A DNA stretch of 64,000 nt. It comes from a virus. Lineage: Duplodnaviria; Caudoviricetes. The stretch spans positions 1-64,000 of the IMG/VR virus record IMGVR_UViG_3300014204_000127, one strand, 5' to 3'. Every line of letters starts with the position of its first letter. Position 1 is the stretch's first letter. Of this stretch, positions 36,124 to 46,518 are shown in pieces. A model generated the notes under the pieces. That model was not told the origin of the DNA. It worked only from the letters and a program-made list of their open reading frames with translations, and made no database searches. The position numbers were made by a program, and so were the translations under genes.

Positions 36124-36744
36124 TTAAATATTTATTTTGGAATATAAATCGTTAGGTTTTTTAATAATGTGGTCTATTATTCCTAGTTTTAAACATTCTT
36201 CAGCAGAAAGCCAAGTGTCTTTTGACATGATATCTTTTAACTGTTTTTTTGTTATTTTGGTACGTTTTAAAATAATATCTACCATTCGTTTTTCTTCTCG
36301 TTTCCACATATTTTCAACATAATTGTCCACTTCCTTTATATTCCCTCTTGTTTCCCCTGTAGAAGAATGTAACATTATTGTAGCATTTGGAGTACAAAAT
36401 CTCTTTCCTTTTGTTCCAGATAAAAGCAACAATCCTGCCGCACTTGTTGCCCATGATGTACAAATTGTTGCCACATCAGAATAAAGTATATTATGCATAA
36501 TATCATGCAACCCTAAAAATTTAGACAGGTCTCCCCCATATGAATCAATATAAACTAGAATGTCCCTACATATCTTATTTTCATCCAGTCTATTTTTATC
36601 ACAGCTAAACAACCTTTCAATAGTATATTTATACAAAGCATAGTCAAATTTTTCTGATACACATATTATACGGTTGCTATCTAAAAAGGGAGTGGTTCTA
36701 TTTTCCAAAATACTATTCCTTTTGATTATCCAATACTTTAACAA
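36124..36744 (-). CDS. clpP: ClpP-like serine protease subunit
   Basis: DSYGG, ATSAAG (Ser), GTKGKR, IMLH (His), KDTWLSAEE (Asp), GIIDHI. Confidence 0.88.
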   Translation of the reverse strand: MLKYWIIKRNSILENRTTPFLDSNRIICVSEKFDYALYKYTIERLFSCDKNRLDENKICRDILVYIDSYGGDLSKFLGLHDIMHNILYSDVATICTSWATSAAGLLLLSGTKGKRFCTPNATIMLHSSTGETRGNIKEVDNYVENMWKREEKRMVDIILKRTKITKKQLKDIMSKDTWLSAEECLKLGIIDHIIKKPNDLYSKINI

Positions 36745-37414
36745 AATTATTTTTAATTTCCCTCGCCCGTCTTATTGATTTTTTAAATGACTTTTGTACT
36801 TCTTTTCTTACATTTTTGTCATTTTTGGCAGAATTTATTGAATATTCGTAAATAACTTCCATATTTTCATTGTTAAGAAATGAATTGCAGGTATATGCCC
36901 ATTTCTTTGTAGGATGTCCAAATATTTTAATATTTTCCAGTTTTGGATTAAGAAACTCATATGCCTTTGCCGTAAGCTCATGGCAATAAAAACGGGTGTC
37001 ATCCGTATCAAAATTAAAGTCATACGGTTTGTTTAACTGATGTTTTGCAAAACTTACTGCACGCCTTGCACCTTTGTTGGGGCGTACTATACAAAAAGCA
37101 TCACATTCAAGAAAGTCCAGTATGTCTATAATCTGAACACCCTCGGCAATAGCATGTATTACTTTACCGCTGCCTATATAGATTCCACTATGGCTGTAAG
37201 CCCCTTGAATGAAATATCCGTCTAGATACCTGACATATTTTCGCATAACTATATCACCTGTTTTCAGAATTTTCATAGCATGTCGCTTCTGAATGCCCTT
37301 GACAAGATATGTCTCAGGTTGGTATAGAATCCAAGCAGGCCACGGAAATATCTTGATATCCCCAAAAATGCTTAGAATTTGGGATTGAACTTTGTATTTA
37401 ATTGTTTTTAACAT
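36713..37414 (-). CDS. permuted papain-like amidase (YiiX/YebB NlpC/P60)
   Basis: GDIV, YSHSGIY, KPYDF, FYCHEL. Confidence 0.82.
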   Translation of the reverse strand: MLKTIKYKVQSQILSIFGDIKIFPWPAWILYQPETYLVKGIQKRHAMKILKTGDIVMRKYVRYLDGYFIQGAYSHSGIYIGSGKVIHAIAEGVQIIDILDFLECDAFCIVRPNKGARRAVSFAKHQLNKPYDFNFDTDDTRFYCHELTAKAYEFLNPKLENIKIFGHPTKKWAYTCNSFLNNENMEVIYEYSINSAKNDKNVRKEVQKSFKKSIRRAREIKNNFVKVLDNQKE

Positions 37415-37420
37415 AATTTT

Positions 37421-37732
37421 TTACCATTTAGCGGGTTTATCGCTCTTATCATAAACAAGATAAACTACAATACTTGCCAACAATGCAACTGGTCCAAACA
37501 GGGAAAAAGCAACACCATTTCTTCTGTCTGCTACAGTCCAACCAAGTCCCCCATTTATATCCGATGCCTTGTTGATTATGTATGACAAAACACCACACAA
37601 TATCCAAATAACCACACCGATAAAAATAAGCATAATATATTTTCCTTTCCTGTTATATTTCCAGATATTCTGGAATAGTTGTTTTAATGTCATCAACCCA
37701 AATCTTTGATACTTTAACATAAATATCAACAT
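37421..37732 (-). CDS. small membrane protein
   Basis: Hydrophobic; likely start at MLIFIG. Confidence 0.6.
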   Translation of the reverse strand: MLIFMLKYQRFGLMTLKQLFQNIWKYNRKGKYIMLIFIGVVIWILCGVLSYIINKASDINGGLGWTVADRRNGVAFSLFGPVALLASIVVYLVYDKSDKPAKW

Positions 37733-38030
37733 TATATTTCTTGTTTGGTTTTAAAATATATTGTAAAATATATTGTTTCTTTTTATAATATGTACTTATT
37801 TTTAATATTTTAGTACACGGTGTTTTATTTATTATAAACAATGTTCCATTAGTCTTTTCCAATTTAATATCAGTATCATCAAATATAACCATACTTTTTG
37901 ATATCTTATTTGTTTCACTTGTTTTGATTAATTTGCTTTTAACGGCGTATCCTACAAAAAATGCTATTAATAGTACTAGAATAGTAATTATACCGATCAT
38001 ATAGTTCATACTTCCACTGCTCCCATGCAC
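37653..38030 (-). CDS. hypothetical membrane-anchored protein
   Basis: ORF track. Confidence 0.6.
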   Translation of the reverse strand: MHGSSGSMNYMIGIITILVLLIAFFVGYAVKSKLIKTSETNKISKSMVIFDDTDIKLEKTNGTLFIINKTPCTKILKISTYYKKKQYILQYILKPNKKYNVDIYVKVSKIWVDDIKTTIPEYLEI

Positions 38031-38314
38031 TCTTTAATGTTTTTCAATACTGTCTTAAGTCTTTCTACTTCATCAACAAGTTCCGAATTTGATTTAAGGA
38101 TATAAAATTCGTCATTAATATCATATGCACAACCATCGTCTGCCAAAAATGTGGTATCGTTTATAATGGATTCTACTGTTGTTTTATAGACTGTTGCATC
38201 GAAATAACACCATGTATATAATATGGTGTCCTCTTTCATATCATTAAAGTTTGCCAAACGGAACATATCAAGGGTTTCTATGTTATGCTGTGTTTTTTCA
38301 TAATTTGTGTTCAT
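38006..38314 (-). CDS. hypothetical protein
   Basis: Coupled ORF. Confidence 0.65.
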   Translation of the reverse strand: MNTNYEKTQHNIETLDMFRLANFNDMKEDTILYTWCYFDATVYKTTVESIINDTTFLADDGCAYDINDEFYILKSNSELVDEVERLKTVLKNIKECMGAVEV

Positions 38315-38526
38315 TCTTTAATCGCCCTATAAAATTCTCTATAAATGTCCTTTATATCCACTTTATTATGTACAAACTTGTCCACCATAGAAGATAGTTT
38401 ATAATTTATTTCCTTAATCTTTTCGGAGTCTTTTATGTTGTTTTTGGAACAAAGGTGTTTTGTTATCTCAAAAAACTGTTCTATTCTCTTACGTTCTCTA
38501 CTAAATTTGTCTTTATTTTCCTGCAT
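38311..38526 (-). CDS. hypothetical protein
   Basis: Coupled ORF. Confidence 0.6.
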   Translation of the reverse strand: MQENKDKFSRERKRIEQFFEITKHLCSKNNIKDSEKIKEINYKLSSMVDKFVHNKVDIKDIYREFYRAIKE

Positions 38527-39172
38527 TTTTAATAACCTCTTTTCTTAACTTATCAAGGTCTTTATATCTGGTAGAATACATGGATGCTTTTACAAATCTA
38601 TCGGACAATTTAAAAAACTTATATTCCGAATATCCATTGAAAACAAGTTTTTCATACCCAACATCTGTATAATTCCTTGAAAAATTTGTGATCCCAATAA
38701 AAGGCAATTCCAATGCTGTAACAAGCATTATGTTATTATGAAGTAACGTATCCTCTTTCATGGTAAATCCATCTAACCCAATGGGTATTTCATACATAGG
38801 TGCCGCTACAACAGTAATGATATCACCTATATTAATATTCTCAAAAGGAACGCTTATATCAGGCTTTTTGAGATTTTTTGGTTTGTTTTGCTTATTTGGT
38901 AGGTTCTTGGCCAAACCATATGATTCTCCAAAGTTGTCCTTATCAAACAGTTCATTCATCATACTCATGGCATCAAAATCATTATCATTAATATCTCCAA
39001 AATCATCCCGTTCATCAAAATCTTCCGGTTCTTCTGTTTCATCAAACCCACCTAAATTATTTGTCATTTTGTACATTCTTTCTTTTTGGAAGGTAATTGC
39101 CTTTTGCAGCCTGTATTTTGAAATACTTTTTGATGTTCTTGTATTCCCTGAGTTCCTTGCATGTCTGACCAC
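38513..39172 (-). CDS. hypothetical protein with acidic N-terminal region
   Basis: ORF; start uncertain. Confidence 0.7.
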   Translation of the reverse strand: MVRHARNSGNTRTSKSISKYRLQKAITFQKERMYKMTNNLGGFDETEEPEDFDERDDFGDINDNDFDAMSMMNELFDKDNFGESYGLAKNLPNKQNKPKNLKKPDISVPFENINIGDIITVVAAPMYEIPIGLDGFTMKEDTLLHNNIMLVTALELPFIGITNFSRNYTDVGYEKLVFNGYSEYKFFKLSDRFVKASMYSTRYKDLDKLRKEVIKNAGK

Positions 39173-39278
39173 TTGCAGTATTCATTTTAAATCTCCTAAT
39201 GGGTTGTTAAAATATAGTTAAGTCCTTCAACACAAACCACATTATATCACAAACACGAGGGGAGTCAAGATAAAAAAT

Positions 39279-39503
39279 TCAACAAATATTGTCAATATCG
39301 TCAATATCGTCAACATCATCGGCATCCAAATCATCAAGGTCCTGAATACCATCCTCAATATTTTGAGAAAGTGCTGCAATAAAGCAGGATTCACATAAAA
39401 AATATCCCTTTTTGTCATGCCAATAATTATCATTAGGCTTTATTTCTGATTTGCAATCTTCACATGCTAAGTTCATTTTTGTTTTCCTTTTCCTTAATAG
39501 CAT
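39279..39503 (-). CDS. Zn-finger protein with acidic tail
   Basis: CEDC...CESC. Confidence 0.65.
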   Translation of the reverse strand: MLLRKRKTKMNLACEDCKSEIKPNDNYWHDKKGYFLCESCFIAALSQNIEDGIQDLDDLDADDVDDIDDIDNIC

Positions 39504-40123
39504 TTTCTATTCTTTGTTTAGATATATTAAAATAAGTTTCATCAAGTTCAATACCTATAAAATTACGGTTTGTATTAAGACACGCAACACCAGTTGTTCC
39601 ACTTCCCATAAATGGGTCTAAAACAATATCTGTTTCTTTTACAGAACATCTTTCCAATAGTTTAGTCCATAATCCGATGGGTTTGGGACACGCATGTCCT
39701 TTTTTTTCGCTTCTCTCATTACTACATAGAATGTCAGGTCTAGCCCCCATTCTATTGGCTCTAAATGGGCATTTGCCATATACTAAAATGGGCTGCCAAC
39801 ATGTAAATCCCCACTTGTTCTGTCCTGCCCCTGCTGTAATGACCCAAGCCATTGTCCAATCTGGGGGGGTATAAATGTTGATTTCCATTCCCACATGTTA
39901 CTGCTATTCTTTTAGCCACTCTCATTGCAACTGGCATAAAAGAGTCTACAAGAGATTTAAGATGTTCCTTGGTGTCGTCATACATATTATACTTGTAATT
40001 AACACCATAAGGGGGGTCTGTCAAAAGCAGGTCTATGCTCTTGTCATGCATTTCCCGCATCTTTTCTATGCAGTCACCTTGAATCAAATTAAATGTATTA
40101 TTATTGTGCGTTAGTACTTCCAT
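39460..40123 (-). pseudogene. N4/N6 DNA methyltransferase (beta class) split by frameshift at a C7 tract
   Basis: GDC and TDPPYG in 39761..40123; HACPKP, VLDPFMGSGTTG, FIGIELD in 39460..39894; frames switch at G7 39863-39869. Confidence 0.85.
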
Positions 40124-40802
40124 TACTGCTTTCCTTTTCTACTTTTATCTCAGGTATATTATAATAACACTGTGCAAGAGGCCCGTATATTACCTCCGAC
40201 AGACTAACAAAATGCGTATTTTTAACATCATATTCTACATAATTATGATGATGTCCGTGTATCCAATACTCTGGACTGTGTATTTCCAAAAGATTGGATA
40301 GAAATTTGGTAGTACTAGAAGTACCTTCATATTTTAAACCATTTGTACAAACATACTTATAACAATCTCTGGGACAATCATGCGAACACACATATCTTGG
40401 CTTAATCCTTTGATAAAGTTCAATACATTCTTTTTGTTGATTATAGTTAAATTCTTCATCTGGCCACCAACTAATATAAGGTTTTCTATATATTTTGTCA
40501 ATAGAAAAAGCACCAGATATATGAAAAATTTTAGTATTTTCGTTGTATCCAAAGTCCCCCAAATATCTGGGATGTTCTTCACAATCTCTGGGACTATCAT
40601 GATTGCCCCTAAGAAATGTGTGGTTGCTTCCCAAATCGGGGGAACAGGACTTCAATCCACGTTTGCCATGTGGAAAACCAATGCCCATGTCACCGAGCTG
40701 AATTGAACAGTCCATGCCAACAATTCCCTTCTTTAAAGGCATTTTGGCAATCATGTATTCATAGGTATTAAATCCGCCGTGTATATCACCAATAAAATAC
40801 AA
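40101..40802 (-). CDS. metallophosphoesterase
   Basis: GDIHG, LGDMG, GNHD, SHDCP, GHHH. Confidence 0.88.
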   Translation of the reverse strand: MYFIGDIHGGFNTYEYMIAKMPLKKGIVGMDCSIQLGDMGIGFPHGKRGLKSCSPDLGSNHTFLRGNHDSPRDCEEHPRYLGDFGYNENTKIFHISGAFSIDKIYRKPYISWWPDEEFNYNQQKECIELYQRIKPRYVCSHDCPRDCYKYVCTNGLKYEGTSSTTKFLSNLLEIHSPEYWIHGHHHNYVEYDVKNTHFVSLSEVIYGPLAQCYYNIPEIKVEKESSNGSTNAQ

Positions 40803-40810
40803 TGGAGCTC

Positions 40811-40993
40811 CTATTTAAAAGACAACCAACCATTTTCATTTCTTGCAATAAAAATGGGTTCTATTTTGTATGATTTTACAAATAAATTATAATACCAAAG
40901 GTGGTCTCTTGCCACTTCTCTTGTTTTAAAAACATCTTTTATTTCCATTGTTTCTTTATCAACAATGGCCCACCAATTTTTATTCTTTTTCAT
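40811..40993 (-). CDS. hypothetical protein
   Basis: ORF track. Confidence 0.6.
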   Translation of the reverse strand: MKKNKNWWAIVDKETMEIKDVFKTREVARDHLWYYNLFVKSYKIEPIFIARNENGWLSFK

Positions 40994-41159
40994 TTTTTAA
41001 TGTTCCTTTACTTTGACATCAAGGGGGACTACTTTGCATGTGTCGTTTGTATCAATCTCATACTCTTCTTTCCATTCTCTTGCTATGTCCCGTGTGGGAA
41101 ACACATCCATAATTTTCTTTGTGGAAAGACTTTGTAATCCCCACCAATTTCTATTTCTT

Positions 41160-41483
41160 TTAATCATTTTTATTTTCCTTTAAACAATATTTCAACACCT
41201 CTAACTGGGCAACACCAAAAGAGTCAAATGTTTTATCATCAGCTTCAATCCCGTGTACCAGATACAATCCACCACCCATACTTTCAAATGATATTGGGCA
41301 TATATTGGAGTCCAGCCATTCACGACAGGCCCGTTCAAGGATGGCATCAACAATCTCATCACAAACACTGTGCCCTATTTTTAAATGGTACCAACAGATA
41401 GCATTGCCAAGCATTTTTCGACTTAAACCACAATCAATTCCTAATTGATTCATTAATTCATATTTTTCTAAAGCTAAATCCAT
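41160..41483 (-). CDS. hypothetical protein (paralog of 27628..28020)
   Basis: ERACREWL motif. Confidence 0.78.
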   Translation of the reverse strand: MDLALEKYELMNQLGIDCGLSRKMLGNAICWYHLKIGHSVCDEIVDAILERACREWLDSNICPISFESMGGGLYLVHGIEADDKTFDSFGVAQLEVLKYCLKENKND

Positions 41484-41484
41484 T

Positions 41485-41745
41485 TTATTCCTCTTTATGA
41501 TTTCCTGTCAAAATAATATTATCCACCTCTATCTTCGGTAGTGTGGCTACAAAACTAAATACACAGTTTCCCATTTCAACATCAATATAATCCGAACTGT
41601 TTTGCCCTACTATTTTCATATAGGTTAGATATATATTTTGTTCATGGTGATGCTTTAGAAGATCAATACCCACTTTAATTTTTAGTTCACAATTATCTAA
41701 TTTATATGTTTTGCCTATTTTGTATTCCATTTTAACTGTTCTCAA
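41485..41745 (-). CDS. hypothetical protein
   Basis: ORF track. Confidence 0.6.
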   Translation of the reverse strand: MRTVKMEYKIGKTYKLDNCELKIKVGIDLLKHHHEQNIYLTYMKIVGQNSSDYIDVEMGNCVFSFVATLPKIEVDNIILTGNHKEE

Positions 41746-42562
41746 TCATATTGTGAATATTTACACAAGCTACTTGTGTCATGTAGTTTTCTAATATATT
41801 TTTGCTATTGCCATTAGCATGTAAAACACATATCTCACTAGTGTACCCTAACTTATGTAACTTTCCATCTTTGTTCTTAACATGTGTTGCGCCTTTTTCA
41901 TGGTTTAGTATCTGTCCAAAATCACCAAAATCGTGATTGCCACTATATATCCATGTATTAAACTCGCCTTTTTCTGAAGTGGTTTTGCCCTGATTGTGCA
42001 AGCAATAACCATTAAAATAAATATGGTCTCGTACTTTCATGCAGTAAACACCACTATTAAGAAGGAGCAGCATTGAATAATTCTTGTCAATAATTTGAGA
42101 ATACTGTGGATGCTGTGATATGGGTAGGCAATCGTCTGCACAAAATATGGCATGTTTATACTCATATTGAGCAGGATTCTTGTAGAACACTGTATCAAAA
42201 GCATCTGAATAGAACAACACTGTGTTTAAATCAAAACCAGATATTTCTTTAAGTCCATATTCTATAAAGAGTTGTATTCCTTTTTGCTTATTTCCATGTA
42301 ATACACCATACTTTGAATTTTCTCTAAAGTCTTTATGCCATGTCATTTCTTCTATAAGAAGCGTTTTAACTCGTGACTTTATATTTGCCAGTATCTTTTC
42401 TGGCACATCGTTGGTCAGAAGAATATGTGCATGGTTTTTAGCATCAAATCCTGTACTTTCAAGTGAAGAAAGCCATCGGAATACAAGCGGAGTATATGAA
42501 CATACTGTAAAAACTTCAATATTTTGAACAGGCTTATCTTGTTTTTCTGTGATTACTTTCAT
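41732..42562 (-). CDS. GT-A glycosyltransferase (PLOD/LH3 GT-domain-like)
   Basis: FYSDAFDTVF, LLNSGVY, VLHANG. Confidence 0.6.
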   Translation of the reverse strand: MKVITEKQDKPVQNIEVFTVCSYTPLVFRWLSSLESTGFDAKNHAHILLTNDVPEKILANIKSRVKTLLIEEMTWHKDFRENSKYGVLHGNKQKGIQLFIEYGLKEISGFDLNTVLFYSDAFDTVFYKNPAQYEYKHAIFCADDCLPISQHPQYSQIIDKNYSMLLLLNSGVYCMKVRDHIYFNGYCLHNQGKTTSEKGEFNTWIYSGNHDFGDFGQILNHEKGATHVKNKDGKLHKLGYTSEICVLHANGNSKNILENYMTQVACVNIHNMIENS

Positions 42563-42572
42563 AATGTCTTTC

Positions 42573-43076
42573 TTAGTTTTCTATTTCGTTCCAAGAGATT
42601 ATATTAATTAAGTGAATATTTCTATCATAGCCACAAGTATATAAATAGTTTTTCATTGCTTCAATACTCTTGATACTGCCCAGTTTAAAGGACAATGTGG
42701 TATGCCTGCTTGCCACCCTCTGCCCATCAAGAGAACACACCATAAAAGATACATAATATGTATATGTCTTTTGCTCCTTATTTTCAAGATCCCTAAGTGT
42801 TTCAGTCTGTTGAACACCTTTCTTCTGGTTTTCTTCAACATCCTTAATCCACACCAATTCAGCATCCCCATTCACCATTGCCACATAGTTTGAATCAGAA
42901 AAGAGGAACTTGCTTCCTTGTTCTACGGGTGCATATGAATCAATGGCATTCTTGCACTTATAATCAGTTATAATAAGCTCATTAGTAAGATAATAATGCT
43001 TCTTTCCGGTTACTTTCCTTACTGTGGACTTATTGGGAATATCCTTTGCTTTCATTTGTATTTCTATTGTTTTCAT
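42573..43076 (-). CDS. hypothetical protein
   Basis: RBS. Confidence 0.7.
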   Translation of the reverse strand: MKTIEIQMKAKDIPNKSTVRKVTGKKHYYLTNELIITDYKCKNAIDSYAPVEQGSKFLFSDSNYVAMVNGDAELVWIKDVEENQKKGVQQTETLRDLENKEQKTYTYYVSFMVCSLDGQRVASRHTTLSFKLGSIKSIEAMKNYLYTCGYDRNIHLINIISWNEIEN

Positions 43077-43091
43077 TTTATTTTCCTTTTC

Positions 43092-43430
43092 TTAATTATA
43101 ATTTTTATCTATTCTAGGGTAACTAACTGATGTCCAATATTCACACCCATCACAATCATATAATCTTCCTCCTTGACTGTCCATATCAAAACAACTTAAT
43201 TTTCCACCACAACACAGACAAATGCCATTGTTAAATCTTTTCTTTTCGGGTCTGTAACCAAAAAAATAGCCGAAAACTGCCCACACTACTACAAAGCCCA
43301 CTAAAAATATTATGCCGTTCAACATTATTTTATTTCCTTTTTTAATTATCAAACCAAAACACCAATCTTGACGTATATCCTCTTTTTTCAATTGCTTCCA
43401 TGCAGGCCATAAGGCAGTCATGGGAAACAT
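43092..43430 (-). CDS. membrane-anchored Zn-ribbon protein (FNNGIC...DSQGGR)
   Basis: Recurrent phage motif; likely start MLNGI. Confidence 0.7.
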   Translation of the reverse strand: MFPMTALWPAWKQLKKEDIRQDWCFGLIIKKGNKIMLNGIIFLVGFVVVWAVFGYFFGYRPEKKRFNNGICLCCGGKLSCFDMDSQGGRLYDCDGCEYWTSVSYPRIDKNYN

Positions 43431-43860
43431 CGAAACAGCGGGGATGCTCTTGTCCTATAACAATCTTTTCAACTCGTTTAAAACACTCTCTAAGTTCATT
43501 CAAAGTCAGCCAAGAGTGGGTATGCCAATCTGGGTGCGTAACTCGCCTATCGCCTACCATTTTGCTGTACCCCCTTGATATCCAATCGTTTGCGGTTTCC
43601 TCAGTAACATATCCCTCGTCATCACACTCGTCTTTATACACAATATATAGAGTGTTTCCCTGTTTGGCTTGCCATGCAATATCTTCTGGAAGTCCCTTTG
43701 GTTCTGATACAGGTTCATATTCCTTGTAATTTCTTACCCCTGCCATGACTGCAAACATGTCATAATCACGACATAGATAAAAATACTCATGCCCAAAGGA
43801 ACGCCATTCTTCACCTTCTTTTTCTTTGTATTCTATATATGCATGTATGTCGCAACCCAT
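43342..43860 (-). CDS. conserved phage protein (MGCDIH...RLVFWFDN family)
   Basis: Characteristic termini. Confidence 0.85.
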   Translation of the reverse strand: MGCDIHAYIEYKEKEGEEWRSFGHEYFYLCRDYDMFAVMAGVRNYKEYEPVSEPKGLPEDIAWQAKQGNTLYIVYKDECDDEGYVTEETANDWISRGYSKMVGDRRVTHPDWHTHSWLTLNELRECFKRVEKIVIGQEHPRCFDVSHDCLMACMEAIEKRGYTSRLVFWFDN

Positions 43861-44021
43861 TATAAATCCACCTTTCTATTTTATTTCCTTTAATATATTT
43901 TCAAATATTTCTACTATTTCAACATCTTTTGTCTTACTAAGCCCAAGTATAGCATACTTTTTTATATTTTGCAAGTGAATATTTTTATTTTTTATCACAA
44001 ATTCATCAATTTTTTCAGATT

Positions 44022-46493
44022 TCATACCAGACCCCCTATTATATAGCTATCTGCTATCTCACCACAGGCATAAACAAGGGCATCAAGGTAGTCAGGTGAT
44101 TTTTCTTTACCTCCCCTACGTTTTTTAAAATCTTTTTTTGCCTCTATTGTAAACTTGTTTTCTGAGGCATTCCGCATAAACTTTATTTCAAGCATCTCAT
44201 CTACAAGTTCTTGGCAATCAGGAAGTTGTATTTTACCATCCCTTAAAAGCTCATACAAATTCCAATAAAGTTCGGCTCTTCTATTTAAAAATCCATCCTT
44301 GAGTGCCCCTCCTATAATAGATTGTATGGGGAGACCTCTATCCAATAATATAGAATCTATATTATTTCCTACTGCATCTATGCGAATTTCCAGAGGTTCA
44401 TACTGTTTATATAGTTCCTCTACCACATCAGCGAGTTCCATTGGGTCTAGTTTCTTGGATTCAAAAATGATTTCTGCCTTAACGCCCTCTGAATCCCCCC
44501 TTGCAAGTACTATAACTGCTCTGTCATCACCATAAAAAGCAGGGTCTACGCCCATAAAGACATTACAGTCTTTGGATGGAACTATGTTTGCTGCAACGGC
44601 TCTTGATACAAGCATCTCCGAATAAAGATTATCAATAACTGCATCACTATCCCAGTTACCATTAATCATTATATCTATGAATTCTTTAGTTTGAATTATT
44701 TTTAGATTATCAATATAGTCTTTGCCTATATGAGGATTATCATAAGAAGTTGATTTAATAAACTTATGCAACGGAGTCGGGTTATCTATCCATGTCTTTT
44801 TAACCCATCCTGGATGGGGATTACATGAACAAATTAGCCGTTGTGGTGGAATGACTGAAGTTCCGGTAGATGGGTCTATTGCGTGTTTACGTCCTATACG
44901 GGCACAAAGGAACTTAAAAACATGTTCAGGCATATCAGTAACTTCATCCACAAACATGGCTGTACGTTCAAATGACTTGATAATAGAACAAAGGTCGGCA
45001 TTTGAAGAGGGTTTAAGTCCACCATAGAAGATTTGACTCCCATTTACAAGGGTTATAACTTTTTTTGATTTATTATGGTTTAGAATTAGCTTGCTTGCGG
45101 CATCATTGTTTAGAATCCATTCTTCCACAGTCTGCATAGTTGATTTTTCAAATGCCTGATTCTCCCAACGATATATACCTACAACATTGTTATTGTATTC
45201 CAAAGCTCTCTGTAACATATCATTAACACCGGCCACAGAATTATGAGTAGGTATAAGGGATTTGGTAGCAAGATACGTCTTTGTAGGGGAATCTACTGCA
45301 ATACACTTTACAGGAACTGACTCGACTTCTTTTATGTCAGTAATGTAATGATATTTGCAAGTTTCCCCCACTTTTTTAGGAAGTCTGTCTAGTTTGCGTT
45401 TAAGTCGGAAAATGGGGAGTGTTGTCCTAAATGTAGTTCTATATCTGTCTTTGCATCTTTTGCCATAAAGTGTAGATTTATTCCTATTTACACCACATTT
45501 TACGCCAATAGACTGAAGCAGAAAAACCAAAGATTCAGTAAGATTTGGCAAAGATGATGTAAATTCTGCCTTTCCTTCCTTGCTTACAGTTCCATCTGTG
45601 TCCATCAATCCTTGAATTAGTGCCAATCTTTGTTCGTAAGAACCAAATAAATATTCTGTAGGTACATGTTTATTATTCAAAACACCTATTTCTTTTAATC
45701 TTGGTTTAATTCCATCTATAGAAAATACATATGGCTGGTTCATCTGTCTCCAGGGAAGGTTCTCCTCCTTTGCCACATCCTTTATTGTTTGAACATCTGG
45801 GTAATCACAAGCAATATAATTAGTATCCATAGACCCATTACCAAGAAAAACCCCAAGAGCATATGGAGATACCTTGTACTTCTTTTCTGTAAATTGTAGA
45901 GGCTTTGTAACAGGAATAGTATAATTGACTATGGGGGAATACTTTGGTCTAAATACAAGTTTAGTTTTAAATAATTCTTCGGTGGTTAGTACCCGCAATT
46001 CTGGTTTATCAAGGTATGTATATTCCCTTTCACTATTCATTTTTGCTAGAAACGGCTTTGCCCCTGTGCCCCTACTGGGCCTGTTAGCACGTCTTTTGGC
46101 TCTATATTCCTCAGACCGCTTAGCTAATTTTATTCTATCCTTATATGAATAAACTGCCCAAAGATGTTCAGCATCTACTGTAATTGTTTCCCCTGTATCA
46201 AATGTTACTTCATAGCACTTATGGTTATACATGTGGTCAGTACATGTTAATACCTGTACTAGCATGCCCTCTGTGTCGAACACAAAGTCACCCGCTTCAA
46301 TATCACCTAGTGTTCTAAACCCATGTGGCGTAATAATTGGTGTGTCTAGTTTGCTGCCTTTGCCCCCGGCGATGGACCCGCCAAATAGAATAAATGGCGA
46401 ATTACATGTATGCAGTTCCATTTGCTTTTCAGTAGGCACATATTCTAATTTAATATCCTGGGGTGCGTTTTTGTTTTTATTTGTCTTTTCCAT
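44022..46493 (-). CDS. terL: terminase large subunit containing an intein
   Basis: Walker A GGSIAGGK/S split by intein, FVDEV Walker B, SCNP, GVDPA, SPDYLDA. Confidence 0.92.
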   Translation of the reverse strand: MEKTNKNKNAPQDIKLEYVPTEKQMELHTCNSPFILFGGSIAGGKGSKLDTPIITPHGFRTLGDIEAGDFVFDTEGMLVQVLTCTDHMYNHKCYEVTFDTGETITVDAEHLWAVYSYKDRIKLAKRSEEYRAKRRANRPSRGTGAKPFLAKMNSEREYTYLDKPELRVLTTEELFKTKLVFRPKYSPIVNYTIPVTKPLQFTEKKYKVSPYALGVFLGNGSMDTNYIACDYPDVQTIKDVAKEENLPWRQMNQPYVFSIDGIKPRLKEIGVLNNKHVPTEYLFGSYEQRLALIQGLMDTDGTVSKEGKAEFTSSLPNLTESLVFLLQSIGVKCGVNRNKSTLYGKRCKDRYRTTFRTTLPIFRLKRKLDRLPKKVGETCKYHYITDIKEVESVPVKCIAVDSPTKTYLATKSLIPTHNSVAGVNDMLQRALEYNNNVVGIYRWENQAFEKSTMQTVEEWILNNDAASKLILNHNKSKKVITLVNGSQIFYGGLKPSSNADLCSIIKSFERTAMFVDEVTDMPEHVFKFLCARIGRKHAIDPSTGTSVIPPQRLICSCNPHPGWVKKTWIDNPTPLHKFIKSTSYDNPHIGKDYIDNLKIIQTKEFIDIMINGNWDSDAVIDNLYSEMLVSRAVAANIVPSKDCNVFMGVDPAFYGDDRAVIVLARGDSEGVKAEIIFESKKLDPMELADVVEELYKQYEPLEIRIDAVGNNIDSILLDRGLPIQSIIGGALKDGFLNRRAELYWNLYELLRDGKIQLPDCQELVDEMLEIKFMRNASENKFTIEAKKDFKKRRGGKEKSPDYLDALVYACGEIADSYIIGGLV
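45240..46358 (-). mobile_element. class 3 intein with LAGLIDADG homing endonuclease (373 aa)
   Basis: Starts Gly, ends THN before Ser; WCT triad (HLW, VKCI, PTHN); LIQGLMDTDG. Confidence 0.88.
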
Positions 46494-46518
46494 AATACAT
46501 TATACACCAAACCAAGTC

